A stretch of 64,000 nt of DNA, taken from Daphnia carinata (Eukaryota). The stretch spans positions 2,728,001-2,792,000 of the forward strand of contig NC_081332.1 in the NCBI RefSeq assembly GCF_022539665.2, written 5' to 3'. The first letter of the stretch is position 1, and every line of letters begins with the position of its first letter. Shown here one piece after another: positions 13,001 through 25,995 of this stretch. Made by a program: the position numbers and the translations under genes. The notes under the pieces were generated by a model. It did not search any database and was not told the origin of the DNA. It saw nothing but the letters and a program-made list of their open reading frames with translations.

Positions 13001-16000
13001 CTTTGTTTGGAACGCGGACTTGCCGCATTTACACACAGACAACACATAAAAACTCAAGTTTTTGAAAACGAGAAGAAACAAAAAAGAAGGCGAAACAAAT
13101 GACATGCTCGTTTCGATCAGATGGCGTTTTTGGCTCGGGCATTTGCTGGCTCACGCACCGTTTCCTTTTTTTTTCGCTTTTCGCTCGGTGCGTAATCGAC
13201 TGTATTTTACTTCATGTCAAGTTGTTGTCTTCTCTTTCGTTTTTTTGTTTTTTTTTTCTTTTCTTTTTCTCTTTTCTCGCTTCAAAGCGACAAACACACA
13301 ATAACAAGTGGGATTTATGGCTGTCGGCTCTCAATATTCCACGTTTGTCTGTGCGGCTGTCCGTAGACAACGCACGCCGCAACGCAACCGCCGTCTTTTT
13401 TTTTTTTTTCTCTTGTCCGATGTGTGTGTCTCTTTGCTTGCGAACGAAAAAGAAACGCTAAACGTCGTTTCTCCACAAGGCGAACGCATCGAAAAAAAAA
13501 AAAAAAAAAGGTGGACGCCAGGTGTGTCGGCGTCTGCAGTAGCGTAGAGAGGCGATGGATGCGTGGCGCAGGACGGGAAGGGACAAAACAACAACAACAA
13601 CAACAAAAAAAAAAGTGACAAATTTCATTTGAATGTGTGGGTCACACGTCGTGACTTGCCAACTCTTTTCCTCAGTCTGAATAATTGAAACCGATGCTTC
13701 AAAAAAAAAACAAAAAAAAAGCAACATGTCGAGTTAAAAACGAAAAGTCCAACAGCAGCAGACGATGCCATACACTGATAATTATGTTGAGGAAAAGGCA
13801 ACTGTCCCGGCTGCACCAACAGCAACGATCCGCAATGCAATATCTCCTCCCATTCTCCTCCCCCTTCAAAAAAAAAAACCCAAAAAACTATGCGTTGTTT
13901 TTTGAATGCGACACACATCAAATTCAAAAAAAAAAAAAAAAAAAAAAAAAACTACTTCGCAATGGGGGAAAAAAAACCGTTTTTTATTTATTTATTTTAT
14001 TTTTTTTTTGTTCGCCAAAAACGAGATCGATCATGCGCGTTTTGTGACACTTTTGCCATTGGAAAAACGTTCGTTGGCCGTAGAAGTGACGGACACGGCA
14101 ATAGACGAGAGAGTACGAGATCGCATTTGTCGTGTATGCTTCGATAAATTGACTGATCGCTTATTGAATGGAGATAAGGGTCGCCAAGAAGATGAAGAAG
14201 AAAGGGCAGTGACTGGGCGGATTTTTTTTTTCGTTTTTGTCTTGTTTCATTGGCCGAGGTTGTTGAACCAAGTTCATCTCAAAACATTTTCCCATTTCTC
14301 TGTTGCGCCTCGCATTTCGTTTCTCCTTCCCTATCTCGTTGATTTGAATGATGAAATTTGAATGATAACTTCGATCGATCATTGCGCGAGACGACTGGGA
14401 GCAAGGCAATGCACATCAGTCGTGAAACTATGACGAGATAACATATTGCATTACACCCAAAACGCTATCCGTCTACAAGAGTGTGGCTTTTTTTTTTTCT
14501 TCTTCTTCTTCTTTTGCGTACACATGTACAGAAAAGAATCCAATTCAAAAAGCAAAAAAAAAAAAAAAATGGCCTCCGCTTTTGGTGTATCCTTCTCGAT
14601 GAATATCTCATGAGTTGCAACTGCCGCCTCTTGTTGTTGTTGTTGTTGATGCAGCCCCATCGAGACTGTTCGTTTCCAGTTTGGCCTCTTGCACTCACGC
14701 CAAACACAACCATTGCCGATAGATTGTAGAACATGAAAAAGAATTGACTCGCAACTCTTGACAATTCTCACCTTTCTTTGCCATTCGCATCCAAGTATTT
14801 ATGACTTTTAAGGGGGGGGGGTGGAGGATCGGAGAATGAAGATAACCTCTCTCTTATCGACGGCCATCGTACAACTCACCCATGACCTTTCTTTTTCGTT
14901 GAAAACATTATTCTACGGCCTTTCTATCGCCATTCTCGCGCACGATAAAACTTGGCAGTCGCACTTTTTTTTTTTTTTTATCGTCATTCCTCTATATACT
15001 TTGGGCTACCTCTACGTAATAATAACAACACTCGACAACAAAAAGAAAAAGAAAAAGAAAGAGAAAAGGGAAAATAAGTAGTACACTACTAGTATGTAAA
15101 AGGTTGTGGAATGACATTAAGCCATACCTTCGGCCCCCCCCCCCCCCCCCCTACGGAGCTAGCCGCTGTAGTAGAGTTGCAAAATGCATCGGCCAGCCCC
15201 GTGCGGGAGTCGTTTGGAAATCGAATTAGACCCGTATACACTTAGATCTACCCGTCCTGCCTTTTGTGGATAACGTTAGGAAAAAAAAAGAAAAGAAAAC
15301 TCGAGTTCTTTTTTTTTCGTAACTGGCTTTATTGTTTATAGTTGGGCGAGTGGAAGGGAGAATGACAACGGTGCGTTTGAAATGAGGATGAGATGCGAGT
15401 TATCTACCGTGTTATTGTGTACTTGATGGCGGCCCTAATCAAAACTCTGATGACACGAAAAAGAAATATGGGAAAGATTGCAGATGCCTTTAATCAAAAC
15501 GTTTTATAAATAATGCAATGAATGTCGTGCGGCGTACGGAGTAGTGGCTACCAAGGCTGCGATGGAATCTCATCTAATCAATTATGTTGTCCCCCGCTTG
15601 TTTTTTTTTTTAATTTTTTTCAGCGCTCGTTGGATGTTTCTAGTTCCAACTCGATGGGCATGACGGACAAAAAAAAAAAAAAAAAAAGTGGATAGAAACC
15701 CTTTGTTTGTTTTTAATTCTTCCGCCATCTAACAAGAAAATGAATCATTTTTGTTGTTGTTGTTGTAGTATTCTTTTTCGGCGCATTTGAGTCCAGTTTG
15801 AAACCGAGTGGGAAAGGGTGGGAAAAGAAAAAAAAATGCGGCTATGTGTTTTTGCGTGTCAGTTTGATGGCTGAATTCCACCGGCTGAAACACCTTTGCA
15901 CGCACACCCGTAACTCGCAATTTTCGTCTTGTTGCAAAGGAAAATTAGCATTTTTCGCGTCATCCTTCTCACTTGGTGAATCAAATTCCAACCATCGCCG

Positions 16001-19000
16001 TACGGTACGATCGGCACGACGATCGTATCCGGGTACATTCCTTTTCTTTATGACTATCGACTTGTTTTGCCAACAAATCAATCACGCATTCGCATTCTAT
16101 GCCATCGATTGCAAAAAAAAAAAAAAAAAAAAAAAAGTGTTCAACTCGAGTGGAATTTGCTTTTGGGTGTTCATTGTTCCCCCCCCCCCCCATGCAAATT
16201 TTAAGGGGCATGGCCAACATGATGCCGACACCGTAATAATAGATGCAGAGGTTTTTTTTTTTTTCTTTTATCGCCGTGTTTTACAACAGCGACAACAACA
16301 GCAGAGTCATAAAAAGCCGATAGTTTAAATATGGCCAATGGAATGGCTTTTTAATCAGCAAATAAATTCAACGAAATCAACGCCGCTGGGCCTTTATTGC
16401 AAACAAATATTTAGACAATTTTTTTTTTGGATGGCAGCTCGTTATGGCGCATAAAACTGGCCGCAGTATTTAAAAAAAAAACGTTGCGGTTGACTTTCGT
16501 CGTTTTTTTTTTTTTCATTGAATATTGAATGAACATTTATTGTTGATGTTGTTTGGTGCAGGTAAACTGGTGCCCTTTGTCGAGCTGACGGTGGCCCACG
16601 CGTCCGTCTTGACTATCCTGGCCATCTCGTTCGAGCGCTATTACGTCATCACTCGACCGTTGAGGGCCGGCTACACTTGCACCCGCATGAGAGCCCTCTT
16701 CATCATCCTGGCCATTTGGATACTAGGATGCCTCACCTCCAGGTACGTCAGTAACGAATGATTTAGGCGAAAAACAGATAATGAGCGGACTTTGTGTTTA
16801 TTTGCACGTCCATCACGTTCCGCTTTTCACACCCCTCCCTTTTGATGAAACAAAAAAGAGCGGCGAGGCTGTGTGTTTAGTAGACGCCACTTTCTATCAG
16901 TGTCGACATGGTTGAAAAAGTCTATCAACCTTTTGCGTATTTTTTCATGTCGATCATTAATGCGCCACTTGCATCAGAGCGTTACCGTCCGGCGTTAAAA
17001 ATCCGTCGGCGAGCGGCTATTGACGTTTTGGCGGTCGATTTCATTTCTTTTGATTTTGATGCGGCGAAGGGGAAAGAAAAAAAAAACAAAAAAAAAAAAG
17101 AAAAAAACAAATTCGAAATGTTGCCATTTCTTTCGGCTAGTGGGACATTCTGACCCGTTCCTCGGGGAGTGCTTAAAAGAGGTTTGAGGTCGTGAGCGCA
17201 CACACAGACACACAAAAGCCAGCGCCGTTTCTATAACTCTGAAATGGTCTGTAGGTGTTGACGACCATCATCACGTTTTTCATCATGTTCCATCCAACTC
17301 GCCCTTTTTTAAGTTCTTTCTTTCTCTTTCCTCTCAAATGTCTGTTGTGTTGATATTTTCCTTAACGCCCCTCAGCAGCACTTCAATCACACAACGGGTT
17401 TATGAATGATTAGAAATCCCCGGTTGAACCGGCGGTCGAAACGCATCATCATCATCATTATGTTGATGATCATCATTAACTTGCGAGAGTTCAGCCGTCG
17501 CCATTGTCTTGTGTGTGTGTGTGTGCAAGAGACAGAACTCCCGACATCACACATAAAACTAAAAAAAAAAACAGAAAAAAAAAAACAAAACAAACGAAAA
17601 GGTAATAAAGATGATGGCGGTAGCTCATCAGATGCTGGCCATGATCCTTTTTATTTATTTTCATTTTTTTGTGTGTGTTGCGTGTTTGTTATTGCGACTG
17701 GCGCCGGACAGAGAAACATTCCTTTTTCGCCTCGTAAAACCATTTGATAGATGAGCCAACGTGAACCACGCCTACCCAACCCTCTAAAAAAAAAAAAAAC
17801 AACAACAAATGGAAACAACTCTGCAGAGAAATGATTGACGTTTGCCTTCGATACGTATATAGGGTTTCGCCCATATACAAGACAAGAAAACAAAAATAAA
17901 TAAATGGAGGAACGACGTAGCAAAAAGGAATAGAGCGATGTTTAATGATGGCTCTCTGGACAGTCCGACTTTGTTTGACTGTTGCTGGCACGGATGGACC
18001 ACTCGAGTTGTTTTTTTTTTTCCGACAGACAGATGACGTCAAACTCAAAGGTTTTGAAAATCGGATTGCAGCGTCGAGATGGTCGTCGTTTCTTATCTCG
18101 ACCATTATAGAACATTCCGTTTTTGTTTTTTTTCTTCTTCTATTTTTCTCCTTTCGGCGAAATGGAAGACTTTGATTTTGTTAAATCACTTTGCTGTCCA
18201 TGTAGTCTCGTTGCCTGCAGGCTGCTGGGCCCGTTCAGCGTGACAGTTGAGTAGTTGACGTGTGCCAACTGCCAAATTCGAAATGTTTGCCATGGAAGTT
18301 TGGCCCTCGTTGTTCGCCAATCTCACACTTTGTCATGCATCTCTTCACGTCAGCCACGTTTGCGTTTGAGAATGTGTCAATGTTTCCAGTGCGATTTGTT
18401 TCTATTGACAAAGACGGCCCACCATTTGGCCAAACAGATTCGCTATCGAAGTAGCAAATAAAAACGGGTAAACAAAATGGTCACCCGGCTAAAAGCAGAT
18501 GGAATGATGCGTATGCATTTCGCATTTTGAGAAAGAAGATGAAACGAAACGGCCGCCCAAGCTTTTTCTTTTTTTAAGATTCCCTGCCGGTTGTTATTCG
18601 GCATTATACGTAGCCGCTGGTTGCATACGTGCGGGGCTTAGGCTGCGTTTTGGGCTGCTATACATACAGCAGCAGGGGAGAGGTCATTCCAACGGAAACG
18701 TGATGAAACTACTCTATGAGTAGCCCAGTCTTGTGTCGTCTCTGTGTGCCCGATTCTGTTTTAATCCGCTTTCAAAAGCGAGCAGCTTTTGCGCCATTTG
18801 TCCCCTCTGCATAAAACGTGAATTTTGTTTTAGTTTTGCTTTCTTTTTTTTTATTTGTATTTTAGACACTACTTAAAAATGAATTTTGTTTTTTTTGTTT
18901 TGTTTTGTTGTCTCTTTTGTGGTCTCTTTTCGGCGGGGATTTTGCGGCGACTGCAGTCCGATGTTGTTCATTGCCAATTATTTGGAAGAAGATTCGGCTG

Positions 19001-20105
19001 GATCATCAGCCGGCTGCGTGACACAAGCCAACACATTTTGGCCCATTTTTTATTTCATGTCGGCCATCTGCGTCTTCTTCTTCTTCCCGCTCATCGTCCT
19101 CGTCCTCATCTACACCGTCATCGCCCGTCACTTGGTCGCCGACCCGTGCACCGCCTCCAATCATCGCATCCAGGTCGGTTCCAGCATTTCTTTTCTCTTC
19201 TCTCCATCTCTCTCATTTCGAGATTAGGTTAAAGCTGGATTTATGCACTGTACACACTTCCTTATTGTCTGTCATAATCAGTAAAAACCCATTGGGGACG
19301 TATCAGTAGAAATTCCTTAACCGCTGCTTACCTAAATAAGACGGCCTTCTTTTATCCTAAAGTGCGATTTCAAATCACAATCAAAGTGATGGATGGCTGA
19401 CATTTACAGGGAGGGAATGACTAAGGCATCAAAATGATTGTGATCGAATGTTCTGTTGATTTTGTAATACGCAAAAAGGTGCAGACGTCGGCGTCGGTAG
19501 CGGCCGGAACCGACGGCGTCAACCCCAATTTGAGGGCCAGGCGCCAGGTGGTGACGATGCTGGGCACGGTTGTCGTCTTCTTCTTCATCTGCCTCCTGCC
19601 CTTCCGCATTTTCACCCTGTGGTTCATCTTGGCGTCGGACGAAGACATTGAAAACTTCGGCATCGAGACTTATTACCACGTCCTCAACTTTTGTCGAGTC
19701 ATGTTCTACCTCAATTCGGCCATTAATCCCATCTTGTACAACGTCATGTCCTCCAAATTCCGCACGGCCTTCCTCAAAGCGCTCGGATTCAACTGGGCCG
19801 GCAGACGGAAGCGACTGCTCCGACATTTGAGCCGACAGAGCACCTTCAATACGACAACCACGTCCGGCACCGCTTCCGGCACCACCACAAGCAGCGAACA
19901 TCAACTCATCAAGCGGATGACCAAAGAGGATCTACTCGTGGCCGCCAATAATCAACGGCCCGTCATGCAAAAGTACGGACGCCAAGGAAGCTGTACGGCC
20001 GCCAGTCGGGCGTCCAGCAAACCTTTGTTGACCGTCACGCTTTCGACGACGTCCACCAGTATGGCAGGTAATCCGGCCGATTCGTCATGCGACAGCCACG
20101 TCTGA
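10046..20105 (+). CDS. ETHR: Ecdysis-triggering hormone receptor (class A neuropeptide GPCR), 4 coding exons: 10046-10550, 16562-16742, 18957-19173, 19479(or 19485)-20105
   Basis: Spliced frame gives 7 TM helices: GLVGN (TM1), TNLFLLNLSLAD (TM2), CKLVPFVELTVAHASVLTILAISFERYY (TM3, characteristic of ETHR), CLLPFR (TM6), YLNSAINPILYN..SSKFR (TM7). All junctions are GT-AG and phase-compatible (T|GT=Cys, AG|T=Ser). Confidence 0.88.
11370..11432. repeat. (CTT)n / CTGCTT compound microsatellite in ETHR intron 1
   Basis: Direct reading. Confidence 0.85.
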
Positions 20106-21173
20106 GTTCGTTTCGGGAACGAAACAATTTTTGAAGACAAAAAGAAATTAGAGGAAAAAAATTGATGGATCTCAACTAAAAAAAAAAAAAAAAAAAAAAA
20201 AAGGAATAATTTCTTCAGTCCCATTTTCACTGAAGAGATGCAAACCAGGAAACAAAAACAAAAAAAAAACAAAAAAAAACAATTGCTGTGCACAATTTTG
20301 ACATTCTTTTTTATCTTGCAACTAATTCTTTGACTGTTTAACCTTATACTATGATAATGCATAATTATGGGTGTACCTCATTCATTAATCCCTATAATTC
20401 TTATTGAGAAACACTTGACAGTTATCTACAGAGCTGCATGATGTACTAAAAGAATTTTTTTCAGGGCTTGTTAGGTCACCTGAAATCAATCAGCAGGTGT
20501 TTCACCAATCGTCATGAAAATATCTATCAATCCATCAACATATTTACTTTTAAATCGTAATGATTAAGGCCAGTGAAAATGAGAAACAAAAATGAAAAAA
20601 TGTATTGTACAGTACGTTGCCATCTGATTTGTTGAAGCTGTGATGATGCCTGAGAACAAGAAACAAACACACGCTACACATTATTTTACTATTGCAAATA
20701 TATATATAATCTTTAATTTATATCCCCTTCCCAACAGTGTGTCTTACGTCATACCCGATTTGCATTATTTCATTCTTACTTTGTGTTTCTTCTCTTGTTC
20801 ATTCAATGTTACTACACAATCAAATATACAATTCCGATCGCGCGCCAGTCAATAGGTTTGCGGAACAGCTGGTGGCCCCCAAGACGTGAATTATTTCACC
20901 TTCTTGCTTTGACAGTTTTCGTGTTTTTTCTCTTTTTTTATTTGATCCCAGTTTCACAATATTTGAAGTATCACAGTCACAAAAGCTGTTAGAGACGGAA
21001 AAAAAAGCACAAAAACTGTAAAAAAAAAAAAAAAAAAAAGAAAAAATCAACCAAACAAACAAGAAAAGGTTATTAACAGTTGGTACGTTGTACAATTAAT
21101 CAGCTGGAAATGTTTACGGTTGGCGAGAAGAGAAACAAGAGAAAGATTGCAGAATAATTGTATCGTTCTCTAT

Positions 21174-23305
21174 TCAAACGAGGAGGTAATCCTTGTAGCC
21201 TCGAATGCTCTTGATTTGTTTCTTGAGTAATTTCACGAATTCGGTCGGCTGGATGAGAATACTGACAGCCTTGCCGACGGCATTGAGCCGATCACGTGCC
21301 TCGCCTTCCTTGGAGCAAAGATTCAGTGGCCGGCCATTGATTTCAGTCAGAGTCCAGGAGCAAGACATTGGTGACGTCGACGACGCAGAAGAGGACGACA
21401 TTAACGGATTCATGGCTAATGGCGGGACGCCCTGTTGCGCTGCCAATCCACCTGCTACAACTTCGCGGATCTCGGCACCTCCGCCGGCTTCCGTAACGAT
21501 CCCGAGACTTTGACCTTCGGCCTCGCGTCGTAGGTGAAACACCCGACCAAAAGGTATTCGTCGAACTATAAATTCAATCTTGAATCCAACTGAGGATTAG
21601 TTTAGTGTCACGAATCAAGTAGTATACGAGATTTACCTGGCCGGAAGATTCATTCTTGATCAACCGATTGACGTCAATAGAAGACGAGACATTGCAATGG
21701 CTGACGCGCATGATTTGATCTCCTATGTGGAATACGTTGTACAACAATGGCTTCTCTTTTTGCCTCCATCCGGCCACCCTGTAAAGATTTCAGCAGGTGA
21801 TGAGTAACATTTCGGAGAAACAAATGAAAGACGACAAGCTACCAAACGGTGCCGAGGGCGTCGATCAAAGCTATGGTATTGAGACAGTCCCTCTTTTTCA
21901 GAATGATGCGAACGCCAGCTGGATGTTGCATTTCCATACGCAGACGGGCGACTTGACGCTCTTTCAGCGAATAACCCGTATCTCCACCTGGGCCGTGGTT
22001 GGCGTTGACCGGCTGCAGAGCTGCGCCGTTCGGTTGATGGCTGGACGGAGTCGGGCGGAACAGAGGACTGCTGTGTCGCGTGCCAAGCGGATGGTGGGAA
22101 CTCGAAGGCTGAGGGGTTGAGGCAGCAAAAAGTGGCGGTGGCCTAGGTAAAAGAACAAGACCCCCCTCTCGTCCCCCGCGGCCAGGCGCCGGTTGTAGCA
22201 GTAACGGTGGAGGAGGAATCGATCGTGGCATCGGGTGAAGATGTTGATGTTCTTGCCCCATGCTCATCGTGCGTCTCAATCCATCCCGCGTTCGTTGTTG
22301 CCCATGAACAATGTGCTGTGTGAGCGGATGGAGGTGATGAGATGGTGTCCGGACGACCACCCCGTGATCACCTGGTGCGACAGGTAATTCGGGAAGCTGC
22401 CTACCACTGTGTAGTCGATGGCTAACAGCAGCAGGAATAGGCGACGTCGTTGGGGCAGAGGCAGCTGCAGGGGTAGAATTAAATATGGCTTCGTAGCTAT
22501 TTTCTATTTCGATGGATTCTCGTAATGAACTGGGAGCGCTGGCGATGCGAACACGAGTCGAAAACATGCTGGGCGGTGCTGGAGCGGCGTTCGAGTCGAG
22601 GATGAATACTGGATCATCTAATATGTCTTCGTTAACTGAAATGACGGTAACGTGTGACGCAGCGGCCTCTTCGGCGACAGTCGTCTGAACTGTTGTGACC
22701 TGCGATTCAACGGTATCGGCGTAAAGGACGTCCACAACTTGCTGCTGATCGGAACGTGTTTCATTCCTGCTGGCTGGTGGAAGTGGAAGGGGCGAATTGG
22801 GATCTCTGGTCGATGAATGGCTGGCGTTGGGCGGAGGTTTGGCAGCTTCGGGCAGAGGAGAATAAAAGTTCTCTTTCGGTTCGAGCACACCAATGTCGCG
22901 AAGACGGTTTCTGAGGACGTCCACCCATTCATTCATCTGTTCTCGAGATGAAGCACCCAGCCGAAGAACAGTGCACTCTCGACAGGTAACAACAAACTCA
23001 AAGGTGTCACCTTGGACAGCGATTGAGTGTGACACATGCATGCAGTGGACCAGCGAGGTGGCCCACAGTGGCTGGTGTGATGGTGTGGCTTTGGGTTCTG
23101 TGTAGAACTCCAGGAATGGCTGGATGTCATCGTGTATGCAGAAAAGGGCCCACAAACGTTCATACTTTTTACCAAAGAGGAGTCCTCTTCTGTCACCGGG
23201 GAACGAAACACCCTTGAGCCAGCCTGCTTTGTAGACTTCTCTCACAGAGAAGGGTGGAATGTTTTGTTGAACTGGGGGATTAGCTTCCCCATTGCTGTTT
23301 GCCAT
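21174..23305 (-). CDS. Uncharacterised PH-domain / Pro-rich / PDZ-like adaptor protein, exons 23305-21843, 21778-21637, 21578-21174
   Basis: N-terminal PH-like region (VYKAGWL...FEFVV...LRLGASSREQMNEWVDVLR), low-complexity Pro-rich linker, C-terminal PDZ-like segments (FHIGDQIMRV; SLGIV...IREVVAGGLAAQQG...LTEING). Three ORF pieces join in frame through GT-AG introns. Confidence 0.75.
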
Positions 23306-23894
23306 TCTTCTGAAAAATATACAAAACTTTAGTAATGTGCAATTGTAATCCGTAAACTGATTTCTTGCAATACCGCTACTACTAAAGAAAACCGATAACC
23401 TGATTCCGATAAACAAGTGTGGTCATGTCGCATGCGTCACGCAAATAATAACAAAGCAAAAACCAAACCGGGTACCTACGAAGCTGTTGAAGACCCACAA
23501 GTGATGGTTCCTCACAGAACAATGTCAAACAACGGCATGGTTGCAAAACAATGAGATTCCCATAAGTCGTAACTCGACATCCGGAATTTTCTCTTCTTTT
23601 TGTTTGGACGTTTGTGAAACCAAACAACACCGATTTCTTGATCCACTTTCCTTTTTGCAGACAGATTTTTCCGCCATCTGATAGTTTCCTTTAGAACTAA
23701 TCCAGTTCACTAGCAGCCGACGTCGCATTTAAAAAATAGAGCACGGCTAGCGTGGGCGCCTGAAATCTTCTTAGAAGCAGGTGGCTATTCGAAGGGAAAC
23801 GTAATTTTAAAACATTTAAAAGTTTTAAAGGTAAATAAGAGTTTTTTTTTTATTCGTCTTTTTGTCAACGAGAGATTAGAACAATTATTTTGAC

Positions 23895-25935
23895 ATGAGC
23901 TGCCATGACAATTTAGATCTTCCGCTGCTCAGCTTGGGAAGTGATTACAAAGTAGAACATTACATGTTGAGATTGACTTGTGACGTAGAACAGCGATGTT
24001 TTAGCGGTGAGGTTTATGTGTTTATCGAGCAAGTTGGGTCAGGGTCAACCCTAACTTTAGATTTAAAAGATCTACACATTGATACAGTTGAAGAAGTGAA
24101 TGCCGATGAGGAAGAAGTATCAACCCTCTTAGATAGTTTTGACAAACGGAAGAGTAATGAATTGTTTATTTATTGGACTTCAAAGAAAGAGAGACAAGCA
24201 TTAAACCCAAGCTTGGAAAGTTGGTGTATCAAAGTTGAAAACCTCCAAAAGAAAAAAGCTGTTCTTTGTTTTACTTACCGAACAAAGCCAGAAGGTAGTT
24301 CAGTGTCCTGGTTTCTTGATGACGATGGGAAATGTTGCTGCCTTACTACAGGAAGCTTAGTCAACAATAGATCTCTCTTTCCTTATCAAGATGCACCAAC
24401 ACTGATGGCTACCTGGCAGTTATTATTGCAAGTGCCCAGTGGTTTCGTTGCAACTACTACTGGTGATGACAGAGGATTTTTAACCGATATGGGCATTTAT
24501 TTTTACACATCTATGCTACTACCACTGTCTACATTTGCTCTTGCAATCGGAAAATGGAAACGTGAAGAGATCCCTTTTCATTTGGAATCGAAAACACCCG
24601 ATGATAGAATAATAGAATGTCGACATCCGTATTACCCTTGCCCTTTCGCCCATTCAGACTTTGCTGGTCCTGAAATCCCTTGTCAAATGTTCTATTCGAA
24701 TTCCTGCGATCCATCGCTATTTAAGGATTACATTCCTTCTTCGATTGAAGCCATATTTCACATCTTGGGAAGACATGTTGTCCCGAAACTGGATTTTGTA
24801 ATCATGCCTCGGTCAGTGACTTGTCTTGGATTCGCTTCTCCGGGATTAATTTTGATCTCGCCCAGTATTCTTTACGGCCATTCACCAATGTTGGCTAGAC
24901 TAGGCCATGAAATTAGCCACTCTTGGTTCGGCATTAATATCGGGCCTAAAAATTGGAATGAAGAGTGGATCAGTGAAGGCTTTGCAACGTTCATGGAGGT
25001 AATTTTTTTAAATGATTTTTTAAATCGTATTTTCGCATTATTTCGTATTCGTTTTTTTTTTGTTATAGGATGTGGTCGACTTGAAGATGTCCAAATTTGC
25101 TCGTCGAAGTGAACTCATGGAGCTGAAAGCAATTAATCGATATCAGATTCTAAAGTCGGACTGTCAGAATGTGGATCCGTTTCTTCAAAGTGTCAGTTCA
25201 TTGAATCCGGAAACTAATGTTGTGATCAATGGATTGCATCGGGATAAAACAGTCTCGCAAATACCCTATCTAAAAGGTTATTTTTTCCTAGTCCAATTGG
25301 TCAAAATTGTTGGCTTAGACCCCCTCCTGGTAGCTCTGAAATGCTATGTTGAATATTTTCACGGTTGTTTGATAACAACAACGGAGTGCGTCGATTTCTT
25401 TTGTCATCAGTTTCAGCAAAAGGAAGAGATTCGTCATCATTCCCAGCTTTGGCTGTACAATTCATCCTTGCCCGAATGGAAACCTGAATTTTCCACCATG
25501 AACATTCTTGATGCACAAGTCACTCAACATCTTGAATATTGGAAGCGGCCAAGAGGAAATCCACCTTTATTTCCTTTTGCCCAAGCCATGCCTGATCAAG
25601 TGCTTGCTTTATTGGATCGCTTATTGGAACAAGAAAGCAAGTTGATATCCGCGAAAAGCGTGCGCCTTCTTATGGGTCACTACGAGCCTCATTTAATTAA
25701 TGCGGATACGCACCATCGAGCTTGTGAATTGATTGTTGCCCAGCAATGTGCTAGGCTATTGCCAATGGTTCGCGAGTTTTTACTGCAGCATCCGGCCATG
25801 GGCGCTTATCTTTACGGAGAACTTGTCCACACTAATCGTCCCCAGTTTCAGACCGTTGCTAGGGAAACGTATCTTCACCTAGAAAGCAAATTGGACACCA
25901 ATTTCAAAACTATTATAAGAGACCTTATCTTCTAG
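23895..25935 (+). CDS. AOPEP: M1 zinc aminopeptidase, aminopeptidase O-like; exons 23895-24998 and 25069-25935 (about 656 aa)
   Basis: HEISH-x18-E zinc motif (HEISHSWFG...WISEG), CLGFASP in place of GAMEN (as recalled for aminopeptidase O, SLGMASP), NNRSLFP, QIPYLKG catalytic-Tyr region, C-terminal AMGAYLYGEL. One 70-nt GT-AG intron. Confidence 0.85.
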
Positions 25936-25995
25936 CGACTGAAATAAATATGTATTTATCTTTAATCTTTCATTTTGTGTGTTGTTTCATTTAAG

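Noticed and set aside
16000..16036. Small hairpin TACGATCG-gcacga-CGATCGTA, and a similar one at 10690-10711
   Set aside because: Stems of 8 bp are expected by chance in 64 kb of CpG-rich sequence.
18221..18254. Strong-looking acceptor (ttgcctgcag) in ETHR intron 2 as a possible alternative ETHR exon
   Set aside because: The required phase gives only RLLGPFSVTVE then a stop, with no resemblance to TM5-7.
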